A DNA stretch of 64,000 bases from Tricharina praecox (Eukaryota), in the NCBI RefSeq assembly GCF_024521635.1, contig NW_026250415.1:620001-684000 (forward strand), written 5' to 3'. The notes beneath the pieces are model-generated. The model had not been told where the DNA came from and searched no databases. It was given only the letters and a program-made list of their open reading frames with translations. Shown here in pieces: positions 31,035-44,487 of the stretch (its first letter is position 1; each line of letters begins with the position of its first letter). The translations under genes were made by a program, and so were the position numbers.

Positions 31035-32858
31035 ATGACCGGATCTAAACCCCGCAATGACCGTTACAAATCTGGCCAGGAACAGGAACGGGAGTACATC
31101 GATACTTACCGACCCCTCGAGAACCCCGACGACAAAAAGTTCAGGGGCAAGAGAAAGCATAGCCCTAAGAGAGAGTACAAGGACAGGGACGACGGCAGAT
31201 ATAAGGATGTCTACCCAGCTGTTGCATCCGACCAGGAGCACAAGTATGTTTACCTCTCCTTCTCCTCCTCCTCCCCTTCTGAATACTGACAATCTAGGCA
31301 CGACAATACTTCTGAACAGGTCTTGACTAGCCATGAGTCTGAAGCTGGCAAGACTTCTGAAGCGGCAGAGACCGTCAATCCTGCTGGCACCAAGATAACC
31401 AAGTCTGGTTTCAAGTTCCGTTCGGTCGCCGCCGAATGGAAACGAGAGGAGGAGAACTTGAAGACTGATACCACGCTGGTCACCAAGGACAAGGAGGAGA
31501 ACCTGAAGACCGATGCTTCGCTGGTCACCAAGGACAAGGACCAGATCCATACCTCGCTGGTCGCCAAGGATAAGGAGGAGAAGTTGAAGACCGATGCCTC
31601 GCTGGTCGCCAAGGACAAGGAAGAGAAGTTGAAGACCGATACCCCGTTGGCCACAAAGGACAAGAACCTGAAGATCTATACCTCGCTGGTCTCCAAGGAC
31701 AAGGAGGAGAAGTTGAAGACCGATGCCTCGCTGGTCACCAAGGACAAGAACCAGATCCATACCTCGCTGGTCGCCAAGGACAAGGAAGAGAACTCGAAGA
31801 CCGATACCTCGCTAGTAACCAAGGACAAGCTCGAGAAGGCTCCCCACCGCAAGTCCTCCTACAGCTATGCCGATGAATGGGAGGAAGAAGAAGCTCTCAA
31901 GAAGAACAACGCCACCCAAGAACAAATCCTTGCCCTACGTGAAAAGCACAAGCTCAAGCGTGAGGCTCTGTTGAAGCAGAGGATGGCCGACCGCAAGAAG
32001 GTCGCTCAGTCGAAGGAGATTAAGACGCTGGAAGCCGCATATCCTTTGCTTAATCACCACCTCCCAGCTTCTCAGACTTCCTACATCGGCAAGCATCATC
32101 TCCATGAGCAGCAGCCCGACCTTCAGGGTGAGAACTATCATCCCGCCGTTTGGCAGCAGCCCGGCCTTCAGGAGCAGCCCGAGGTTCAGAAGCAGCCCAA
32201 CCTGCAGAAGCAGGACCAGCGGCAGAAGCAGGACCGGCATCAGAAGCAGCCTGACTTTCAGAAGAAGGACTATCGTCAGAAGCATGACCCACACCTGAAG
32301 CAGGACCGTCGTTACCGCCTACGCGCCGAATCTCCTCGCCCTAATCGTCGCCATTCGTGGCATGAGCACCCTCGGTCTCCGGGGCCTGCCCCCCGGCACT
32401 CACGGCATGAGCGTTCTCGGTCTCCTAGGCTGACCCCCCACCACTCGCCACATGAGCGTTTTAGGTCTCCTGGCGCTGTCCACCGTCACTCGCGGCATGA
32501 GCGTTCTCGGTCTCCGGCTCCCCGCTCTCAGCCTTCTTCTCGTCGCCCGTACTCCAAGAAGGAGATCGATAGGTCCGCGAAGAAGTTTGCTCAGCCCATC
32601 GCGGAGTCTCCTGGCCCTGTCCCGCGCTACTCGCGGCATGAGCGTTCTCGGTCTCCGGCTCCCCGCTCTCAGCCTTCTTCCCGTCACCGGTACTCGAAGA
32701 AGGAGATCGATAGGTCCGCGAAGAAGTTTGTTCAGCCCATCGGGGATGACGAACGCTTCGACGCAGGAAAGGGCAAGACTAACCCGCCCGAGAAGAGTGG
32801 CCGTCGTCGCCTCTGCGGTACCAAGTTTCAGGAGCCCGTTGAGCGTAACAGGCGCTAG
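31035..32858 (+). CDS. Orphan charged tandem-repeat protein (KDK repeats, Q-rich segment, HERSRSP repeats); intron 31244-31297
   Basis: ATG at 31035; a GTATGT..CTGAC..TAG intron joins it in frame to the 511-aa ORF; no recognisable domain. Confidence 0.6.
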
Positions 32859-33803
32859 GTGAGTGTCAGTCCTATGTATGTATCGGGGAGAAATCAAACT
32901 AATGGTTGAACAGACGCACGACTTTCGAATAGTGGTTCCGGTAGGTGTGCATAGGTGTGGACGTGGGTAATCTTTTTTCATGGTTTTTTTTCTCGAGGTT
33001 TACCTATAGCTACAATGTACTTACTACGATTTCACCACAAATTCACCGACAACGTTCTTCATGCTTGATGTCGCGGCAATAAGCGCGATTTGTGATCTAC
33101 GCGTGGTAACTAAGCGAGACTTGGCGTGAAAACGCACTCTTCGCGACATCAGAAATCCCAGCTGGACTGTGAGAAAAATGGGATTCGGTTTGCTCCATTC
33201 CCCCTGTGTGGTCGGTCGGCTGGTAGATCCGGGTGATGGATCAATACGAGTTGATGACCTTTGCGAATACTTGTGATGGATTCGCTGGAGGGATCGGAAA
33301 TGCTGACGTCCGAAATAGTTAGTACCACCTATCTACCTATACATAAGATGTATAACTGCTGCGTTGCCGATCTTCTCGGCCGTGATCTATTTCTGTAGAT
33401 GGAGGAATGACTTTCTGTCGCCGTGATTCCGTGAGGCTTCAGTGATGGAGAAGAGCTTGCTGACCTGCCCTGCGGACTGCTTATGCGCAATTCACCCCTG
33501 AACCTCGCACTACCTACCTCCGCAAATCGGCAATTCAATGCGGGGTGAAATCTCGGCCGCATCCTAAACCCGGAGTTGCTAGACACATTTGTATATCCCC
33601 AAAAAGTCGGCTTCCGCCAACTCAGCTTCCGGAAAACAATGTCCCCTTTCTTCTACTTCCTCATCCCACACCCCCGGCATACGTAGAAGGTAGCAGCTCA
33701 TCGCATCTCGAAATTCGCTCGTTGTGACGATCACGACAACTCCGGACTGAACGAACCCAAAACCCCCACTACACCAAAGAACACCCCACCGACCTCAATC
33801 GCA

Positions 33804-34830
33804 ATGGCAACAACGGGAGGTGCATTCCTAGCTGGCGGTATCGCCGCCTGCGGTGCCGTCACGGTAACCCACGGCTTCGAGACGGTCAAGACACGGTATC
33901 CTCCCCCCCATCCCCGCGTCCGCCCTCCGAAGGCCCCCGCTGACTCCCACCGCAGCCTGCAACTCCAGGGCGAGCTCTCCTCAAAGCAAGCGACGAAGCG
34001 CGTCTACACGGGCATCTTCCAGGGCGTAACCGTGATCCTCAAGAACGAGGGACTCCGCGGGTTGCTGGCCGGCCTGGGCACTGCGTACTGCTACCAGATC
34101 ATGCTCAACGGGTGCCGCCTCGGCTTCTACGAGCCAGTCCGCACCTCGGTGACCTCGCTCTTCCACGACAACCCGCTGGAGCAAAACTTCGCCATCAACA
34201 TCTTTGCCGGCGCGTCCTCGGGCGTGCTCGGTGCCGCGGTCGGCTCCCCATTCTTCCTCATCAAGACGCGGCTGCAGAGCTACTCGCCGTTCCTTCCCGT
34301 CGGCACACAGCACAAGTACAAGGGGGCGATCGACGGGTTCGGGCGGATCTACGCAGCCGAGGGCATCAAGGGGTGGTACCGGGGGGCGGGCGCGGCAATG
34401 ATCCGGACGGGCTTTGGGTCGAGCGTGCAGCTGCCCACGTACTTCTTTGCCAAGCGCCGGCTGCAGAAGCATTTGGGAATGAGCGAGGGCGTCGGCCTGC
34501 ACCTAGCGTCGTCCGCCGCCAGCGGCTTCGTCGTCTGCTGCGTCATGCACCCCCCGGATACTGTCATGAGCAGGATGTACAACCAGACCGGTGACAAGTA
34601 TAAGAGCGCTGTCGACTGCCTCATGAAAACTGTCAGGACCGAGGGCCTGCTGGCTATCTACAAGGGCTTCACCGCGCACTTGGCACGCATCTTGCCGCAC
34701 ACCGTGCGTGTTCCCCGTTCTACCTACCGAGGGAATCAGGCTGACCAGACGATAGATCTTGACCTTGACACTGGCGGAGCAGACGACAAAGTACGTGCGG
34801 CAGCTCGAGGAGCGGATCTTCCTAGACTAG
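33804..34830 (+). CDS. OAC1: Mitochondrial oxaloacetate/sulfate carrier; introns approx. 33896-33955 and 34704-34756
   Basis: AACGAVTVTH, LQLQGEL, LNGCRLGFYEP, SPFFLIKTRLQSYSP..PVGTQH, GSSVQLP and RILPHT are characteristic of Oac1. Confidence 0.92.
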
Positions 34831-37437
34831 ACAGCTACCTATCTAGCATGATGCCGTGGGAAAAAAAAGGGAATAGACATTTCATAGGGTGTTGAGACAT
34901 GTTAAAAAAGACTAGATGTTTCATTTCGGGGCTGCGCTTTGTATGCTATGGACGGGTTGGGGTTTCGGGTTTCTGTTTTTTCCTCTTCTTTTTTTTTTCT
35001 TTTCCCTGGGACCGCGCAGCGCAAATACATGTGGACGGACATGCACTGATCAGCTCGGCGATGGTGTTCTCGGGATGCCGGGGAGGCAATGTGAGTGAGA
35101 ACGGGAGTGGGAGTGGAGTGGGAGGAGGGAATGGGCGTGGCAAGCCGAGGCTTTTGATATGATAGGTAGGGTGAACGCGGTGGGCAGAGGCGGGCAGCGG
35201 CGGGCACACCATAGAGTACCGGTACGGTAGGAGGCAGCGGGTATAGAAGAATAATCATATTTTACACTGCGAAAGCCTAGAGCACTCTATAGTGCACGCG
35301 ATCCCCAACTTACTTACTTGGGAATGCATCTACCAGTTGTGCCTGACGATTGATTGCTCGACCTGTGATCACTGATCAGTGATCACCGATCAACCCACCG
35401 CCTGGCACGACCGCCCTCTCCTCCCTGTCCTGTTTTCCGTTCGATCCGCCGCTGCCGCAGCCGCTAGTCAAGCAACACCGCGGGCACTAACAGAGCAGGA
35501 AAAAAGCTTATTTTCGCCGTGGGTAGCACTCGCCGCGCCGAACGGGGGGTTCAAACAAAGCCTTCAGGCTTGGGATCATACACAAGGTCTTTGGGATCAA
35601 GATCAGGAGGGGTCTGGGTGTGGTATATAAACCATTGGCATCGAGAAGCAAGGTCTGGGCAGTGGGGGTGTTGGACATCCTGGAATGGGTCGAGAGAACG
35701 CCGAACGCCACAGGAGAGAGGCGCAGTGGCTTGCTTCGGCAGCCGTCGAGTGCCCAGACCCCCAGTGTGGACAGTCGATCCGTCCTCGACTGGATTTTCA
35801 GCCCGAGCCGGGCTCACGGAATCGACACGGGAAGAGGGCGGCAACCGAGAAACGCAGAAGCCGATTCTTCACGATCTGCAGGTAGCCAGCAACTGAATTT
35901 CGTCGGCCGGCCTATATAGGATAGGGTGAAACCGGTGCGGGGGAGGGACAGATGGAACCAGACGGGTAGGCCGGCGGGAGTACCGGAGAGTAGGTGAGTA
36001 CATGCGGCAGTCACGTGGATCCGTTGGGGGCGGCAGGTATCGCTATCTAGGCTCTAGCGATAGCGATAGCACTAGCTTTCCGAGATGGGGCAAATCGACG
36101 AAGTCCTGCGGTCTGCGGAAGTGGATGCCAGATGTTGCAACTTGAGCTGGGAGCGATCGGGGGAAGTGCAGATGTCTGTTTGTCCCAGAGCCGAGGGAAT
36201 GTGTGCAGTGTGTATGTGCCGCAGAGTGGAAGTTTCGATACAGTGGGAGAAGCACGCAGCGAAGCTGGCAGAGATCTGTGGAAGCAGAGTGATGCGGCCG
36301 CTAGACGGAACATTTATCCGACGCCCAGTTGACGATGACGTCGTCACGCTTGGGAGAGGGGGCATCGTCGGTTACCCTGCTTTGTGACGGCTACCGTTCC
36401 GCGTTCCTGTGGCAACTCAACTTGTGCAGCACGGCCACACTTGAGATCGCTGCGGCCAAAAGCAATTCGCAGCCAATTCTGATGGGCGGCGGCAGTCACT
36501 ACGGGTCGTTCCTTTTGATGGGCATACGACGGCTGGCCGGGGACGGTAGATACACGGAGAGACCGTTCTTATTCGTGCTCCATGCTGCGAGCATGCGGCG
36601 TGCCATGCCATACCCATTCGGTCAACCCCGCCTTGTGTCATCACATCATTCCGCATGAACTACCGCTTTCCAAATGCTTGGTCGTTCTCAGACTTGTGCC
36701 CGGGAAATGGCCATCATCGAAAAACCGCACTGCCCGTGGCATACTTAACTTCTGGACTGCGTCAAAATCCGGAACAGCATCATCATAACAATCATCATCA
36801 TCGGAAATCCCTCCCTCTGTTGCTCGCGTTGTCGACCTCGCTCGCCCGCCTATCCCCCGTCAATCAACCCAAACCCCCACCACCACCGCCACAACCACTC
36901 CACCACTTCACCTCCCAAGACACCCCCCCAACCGGTGCCTCGAACCCTTTAACAGATCCTTTCCCTTTGAAAGCTCAAACCCCCTCCCCCCGCGCCCCTT
37001 CCAATTCCCCCACCCACCTCTACACCCCACTAACCAACTCAACCCACCTCTCTCTCCGTGTCGCTGCCACCTCTACCTACCCACCACCGCCACTCTGTCC
37101 CAAACCCTACTCCTACTCCTGCTGTTGTTCCTGTAAATCCCCGACTTCCCCCTCCCACCCTTTGTCCGTCATCACCTCCTTCGCTGCAGCCGGTCGAGAT
37201 CATCCTCCCACTCACAATAAACTTCCCAATCCAACAGATCCTCCTTCGGTTAGGTACCGGTTATTCGCACACGAGCCAACTCTCTCATACCGAAACACTG
37301 TTGCAACGAAGTCTCCGAACGTTGAACCTTAGCTCAACGCACGCACCACTCGCTGCTACGTCCCCGCGTAACGACCGACACGACCCCAAACGAATTCACC
37401 ACGAAACCCCAACAACACCTCTAAGTAAACAGCAGCA

Positions 37438-38935
<1,498 letters not shown>

Positions 38936-39828
38936 GGTCGTTTTTGCACTGTTATACTCGCTTTTTGTTTCAGTGTATGTACCTTTTACAATCAGGCATT
39001 AAGTTGCTTGCTATACCTTGGCTTGGGTCTGTTATGAGTTCTGTTTTTTTTTTTTTTTTGAGATTTCATTCGTCGATGTGCTGCGCGTAATAGGACAGAC
39101 ACGGGGGAAGAGATGGGCATTGCGATATGTTTAGGGTTTTGTTGGCGCTCAAGAATCAGGATAGATGAAAACAGAGGCACGATCACGAATAAAACCTACA
39201 TATTGTGCTCTTTCCGACGTTCTGCTGGAGAACGGACGGTCGTGATATTGCCTACATAAGGCCAATCCGATATTTTGTTTTGCGGATCTTCCGTAGGTAA
39301 CTGCAGGGACCGGCGAGCGGCGGGTGCGTCGTCCGTGCCGTCCCAGTGCCCACTGCAGTCCCCCGAGGAATAGTTACCGCCGAGTGCATGCCGTGGTCGG
39401 GGTCCGAATTGAGTCGTCACGATGTCTCAGTATCAGCCCCTTGAATTGATGTGATCTGTCCAGAGGAAATGCCAACTGAGGCGTCGCATTCATTTTTGCG
39501 TAAATATGAATGGCGCCTCTCCAGCTTCGCGATTCACCTTCGCAGCACACTCCAGTTTCATTCGGATATTGTTACCCTCCTCAGCTAGCCAAGACGCCAA
39601 CATTTAGCGAACTTTGGTCTGTCTCCTAGGATCAACAAGGGCAGTGCTCCCTAGCAACTGATCTGTGTTATTCTTCAAGAGCAACACAACAGTTCCCGAA
39701 TCCTAGACCGATCATACATTCCCAATCCTCTCCACCATCGCGTCTCGAGCTCGAACTCCACTGTCGCCAGTTCCTCAATCCCGTACCGCCTCCACCCGTT
39801 CGTTGCCGCGAGCGCTCCACCGTCCCTC

Positions 39829-42800
39829 ATGAGCCGACAACCCTCCAGCTACCCAGTTGTTAGCATCATAAATTTCAACCACGCGAGGCAAGCACATTTC
39901 GCCCAACCCTTTCTTCCGGAATCCCGAATGTGCTGTTTCCTTCGTCTAACGCATTCATTTTCCGGTGACGTGCAGAGGGCCCGAAGTTGAAGAGTGGATC
40001 GGCATCGAGAACGAGTCGGACGTCTCGGAGTGGCCATGGCTTCCGTTCCTGGCGCTCACGGACGGCGCCCACAGCTCCACCGAGGATTTTTCGTACTTCA
40101 CGCTCAAGCACACGGGCGGCGAGAAGCCGACCACGCTGTTTGGAATCTCGTGCACGCGCCAGCTCGACAGCAGGGAGCTCATCGAGCGCCCCGCCGAAGT
40201 CACTAGGAGTACTGTGCAGAAGGCCGTTGTCGTCATCGCCGATAACCCCACTATCTTTTTTGGGAGTGTCAAACAACAACTGAGTGCGGTTACGCAGGCT
40301 TGGTTTGCACAAAAGTAGGGGAAGGGAGGGGGGGGGGAGGGGGGGGGAAGGTTTCCAGGGGGGGATGAGGCTGATTGATGGCATAGGAACTTCCAGGACT
40401 TCGATATCCTCAAGCGATTCCAAGAAAGCCTAAAGTTGAGCCTGAGATTGAGTCAGGAGAGTGGGAATGATCGCGACCACTTCGTTGGTATGTCGCGTCA
40501 CGCTTCGCCCCCTTGCTTCCTTGCTTGAAAGCTCGCTCGCTCATGCACCTGTCATTCCTAGGGTTGTCGCTTCGGGAAATCATCTATGAGTTCAAGCATC
40601 AGGCATTGGTGCTGTTCAAATGCATGCTTCTGCAACCAAAGGTACGGGCTTCCCGGCTCCGGAGGATCTGACTCGGCTGATAGGGAATAGATGCTCTTCT
40701 TTGGGTTGCGCGGTGAACGGCTGTGTATGACGCAGTTCTCGCTGATATCGCTCATTCCCGAGTTGCTGCACAACCTACAGGACAGTAGTGATCCAGAGCT
40801 GGATTCTTACGAGTCGACGCTTACCAAGCCAACTTCTGTGAGGACGAGCGACCGGAAGTCTCGTGGGTAAACTTGTTCTCCGGTGGATGTTTTGCGCTGA
40901 TTGGGAATAGTTTTGGCTTTCATGGGTCAGCCACTTCAGATCTTCGGCAAGGGAAGCTTGTTCGGACCGTACACGCCTCTGCAGCAACTCGACGTGCTGG
41001 CGGACGTTGGGACGAAATCGTACATCGTGGGATCGACGAACTCGCTGCTGTTGCAGCAGAAGGATCGGTACTCTGATATCCTGATCAACGTAGGCTCCGC
41101 TTCCCCGGACTTGGCCGGCGTCCTTGCTAACTCAAGTCGCAGCTCGAGGACATGACGGTCAACATCACTTCCTCGTCGTTGAGGACTGCGTTGGCACTAT
41201 CGGCTGCAGACAGACGGTGGATCGATAGCCTCGTTCAGTCAGTGTCGGAAACTTGGGACGAAACCGACCCTTCACGACCCAAGTCTTTGGGATTCGTCGG
41301 CAGTGAGGATCACATCCGACTGCAGTTCGAAGAGTATATTCTCTCCATGGTCTCGGCGGTGAAGTATCAAATCTTCCTGGAGAAGCACACGGGATCCGAT
41401 TCCAAGGTCTTCTTGCCTGACATTGGTATGTTTGTTTCATCTCATCTCGAGTGCTGTTCTACGGCTAACTGTGAATAGAGGGCGATCCTTCAGCCGACTT
41501 CAATCCTGACTTTGTGGACTACTGGAAGAAAACGGACAACTACAGGATCTTCCAGAAGTTCACGGAGCCTGAAATCTTCGACCTGGTTCCGCCAAAGCAC
41601 GTGATGGCTGGTGGCCTCACTGTGGAGGATGTCCAAAGACGGATTGCACAGTAGGGATCTCCTCGCTAGCTTACCTTCCTAAGGAACTAACACGATCCCA
41701 GACAGATTCATGACCTGGGGCTGGATGAGAAGGTCAGCGCCGGCAAGGAGACCATGGCGAAGGCGGTAGCAACCGGTCGGAACAACTTGTCTCTCGCATT
41801 CACCAATATCAGCAAGAATGTAGAGTACTATCGGGAGCAGCGAAGGATCCAGGCGCTACAGGCGCAAGCGGAACAGCTGGAAGCAGAGGACGCTGCCTCT
41901 ATAAACACGGTAGAGACAGACGACAAGGACAAGGACAAGGCAACCGTCCCGGAGAAGAACTCGACCCCGTCGATTCTATCCGCCAGTAGCAGTAAATCCT
42001 CTGCACCTATTTCGTCTCACGACAATGCTAACGAAAGTTCCGCAGCTGCGCCAACATCACCAACCGCAGCCGAAACCCCCGGAAAACCCGGTGCAGCCGG
42101 CGCCTACATCTCCAGCTGGGCTTCCTGGGCCGGCGAAAAGAAGAAGGCCTTCGCGGGTGCCAAAAGCCCCGAGGTACCCGGTTCTCCCGAACCCGAAGGC
42201 GTCATCTCCCCCTCCGCCAGATCGTCAATATTTAGTCGATGGTCGAGGAGCTCGCAGGACCTTACGCCCAGATCACAGCCTAAGGACGACGATCCTAGAA
42301 GCTCGGGTGAGACTACGCGCGTCCTGTGGGATGAGAATGAGGCCGTCCAGGCGAAGGAGAAGAAGCTGCCCGCTATTAGGAAAAGTCTGCCGCCGCCGCC
42401 GTTGCCGGCTAAGGATTCTAGGGTGGAGGTGGATCTGCCGGCGACGGAAGAGGAGCCGCTACCCGTACCTACACAGCAGGAACAGAAGGAGGTGAAGGAG
42501 GTGAAGGAGGATGTGGTGACGCCGGTTGAGAAGTCGGTTGAACTCGAACACAAGCCGGTTGAGGAACCAAAGCTTGTTGAGGAAGAGCTAAAGCCGGTTG
42601 AGGAACCAAAGCCGGTTGAAGAAGTATCAGAGCCCGTCCAAGAGCAGCCAATCAGGAGATCGATTATTGAGCCGGCCCAAGCTCGCGCCGTTACCCCTGT
42701 GGCTATGCAGGAGCCTCAAGTCCAGGCTCAAAAAACGCCCGAAATGAAGCCCGCCCAGCCCGAGGAAAAGGTGGTTATGCAACCACTGTCGCCCGGTGTG

Positions 42801-43355
42801 ACCGTCAGAAGGCCGATGAAGGTTGATCGGAAACCGCTGTCGCCCGAGAAGCCGGTGTTGAGATCACCATCGCTTGAGAATTTGGTTAGGAGGCCTACGG
42901 CTGAGAGGCCCACTCGGACTCCGCTGTCACCCGAGAGGTCGGTCAGGACGCCGCTCTCCCCCGAGAGGCCCGTCAGAAAACCGTTGTCGATCGACCGCAC
43001 GCCCCAGGAGAAACCAATCGAGCACCGTCCGCTTAGGAGACCCACTAGCGGCTTCGCAGCCCGCCATGCCGCCGCCGCTGAGCCAGAGGTTCCTAGGTCG
43101 TCGCCGAAGCCGCAGGTCCCGATGTCGCTGCCGAAGCCGGAGCCTTCTCCTCCCGCAATCAAGCCCGATGACGTACCGAAAGTGGACTCGATCGTCAAGA
43201 GACTTTCCTTGAAGCTGGGAGCAGAGACCGCTGCCGCCGCCGACCCGAATCCGAGCTCGCCAACGTCCCCAACCAAGCGGACGGCTCCCAGTGCTGCGGC
43301 CATCGCGAAGCAGAACTCTATTGCTGCGAGAAGGGCGATGTTTGAGAAGCGGTAG
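39829..43355 (+). CDS. AVL9: Late secretory pathway protein Avl9 (DENN-like) with a long low-complexity C-terminal tail; multiple introns, the first GC-AG (39888-39975)
   Basis: NFNHARGPEVE, LPFLALTDGAH...EDFSYFTL, LFGISCTRQL, RSTVQKAVVV, PLQIFGKGSLFGPYTPLQQLD, ADRRWID and GSEDHIRLQFEEY. Confidence 0.92.
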
Positions 43356-44487
43356 GCAGGTTGTGTGTGTGTGTGAGTGTACTGTGTTGTATTGTGTATT
43401 GTGTGAAACGGCCGATATATAACTATCTCATAAGAGTTACGATATGATGTTACCCACCTACTTAACTTGTATTTCCTCTTCTGTTTTCACATTTCTGCGA
43501 TCTAGGGGATGGATATGATATGGATGGTATACCTATGAGTTTAGTTTGATTTGATGTTCTTTCTTCTACCTATTTGTGTTTTTTATTGCATGTTTCGTTT
43601 CTTTCTTATGTACGGTCTTACATACCTTTATCTCTCTTGCTGGATCTTTTTTTTGGTGGTAATGGCTTTTGTGGAACTGGAACTAAAATATGGATGGAGT
43701 ACCTATTACATACTGTTTCCACTCTCCCCTCGGTGCTATCTATGGAGACGGACTGTCGAGGTCATTTCATTGTCGTAGGTGTAAACATATGGATATCGGG
43801 CAATAAGAGGGGGATAAGCCAATTAACCAACTAAAAAAACCCCCAATTCCTACACATGATGTCCTAGAGAAACCGACCGCATTTGCGGTGGCTCCAGTGT
43901 TTGCGATGAGTGCGATAGACTTCTGGAAGTGATCCAGATTCCTGAAAACCGAAGTATCCGAGCAGAACGCTACCGACAGCAGCAGCACCACCAAACCCGA
44001 CTACATACAATTCGAGTAATCAGCGGGTGGAATGAGATGGAGTGGCGTATGTACTATACCCATGCATCGTTTGTTGCGAGAGAATTGGGCGGTTGTCAGT
44101 GTCGGTATCGGTATCGGTTTCGGTTTCGGCTGAGGGTGGGACTTCACGGGCGATACGGAAACATATTACGACTGCTCCATGGACAATGGACATGCACTGT
44201 GAACCTGCGGTTTATGTTGATGTTTATATCTGAGCTGTACAGTGTCCGCCGTCCGGGAAGCGGTACGGTAGATATATTGCGCCCATATTCCGCCACAAAT
44301 AGGCTCTCCTTCGTTTGCTCTCGGTATCCCCCCAGAAGCAATGTACCCGTCCCCGAGGCGCAGCTGCTCCATCGGCCAGGCCTACCAAACCGAACCGGGT
44401 ATCATCCTATTCCCATTCACAGTCTCTACCCAGGAAACTGTAAAATCCAGTCCCGCAACCCAGTCAGTCAGTCAGATCGGGGACGTA

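Noticed and set aside
31017..31760. Antisense ORF of LVLGDQRG repeats
   Set aside because: Shadow of the plus-strand repeat gene, which has the ATG and intron support.
34900..37400. ORFs or ncRNA upstream of HOG1
   Set aside because: No recognisable protein or RNA signature; consistent with a long promoter and leader.
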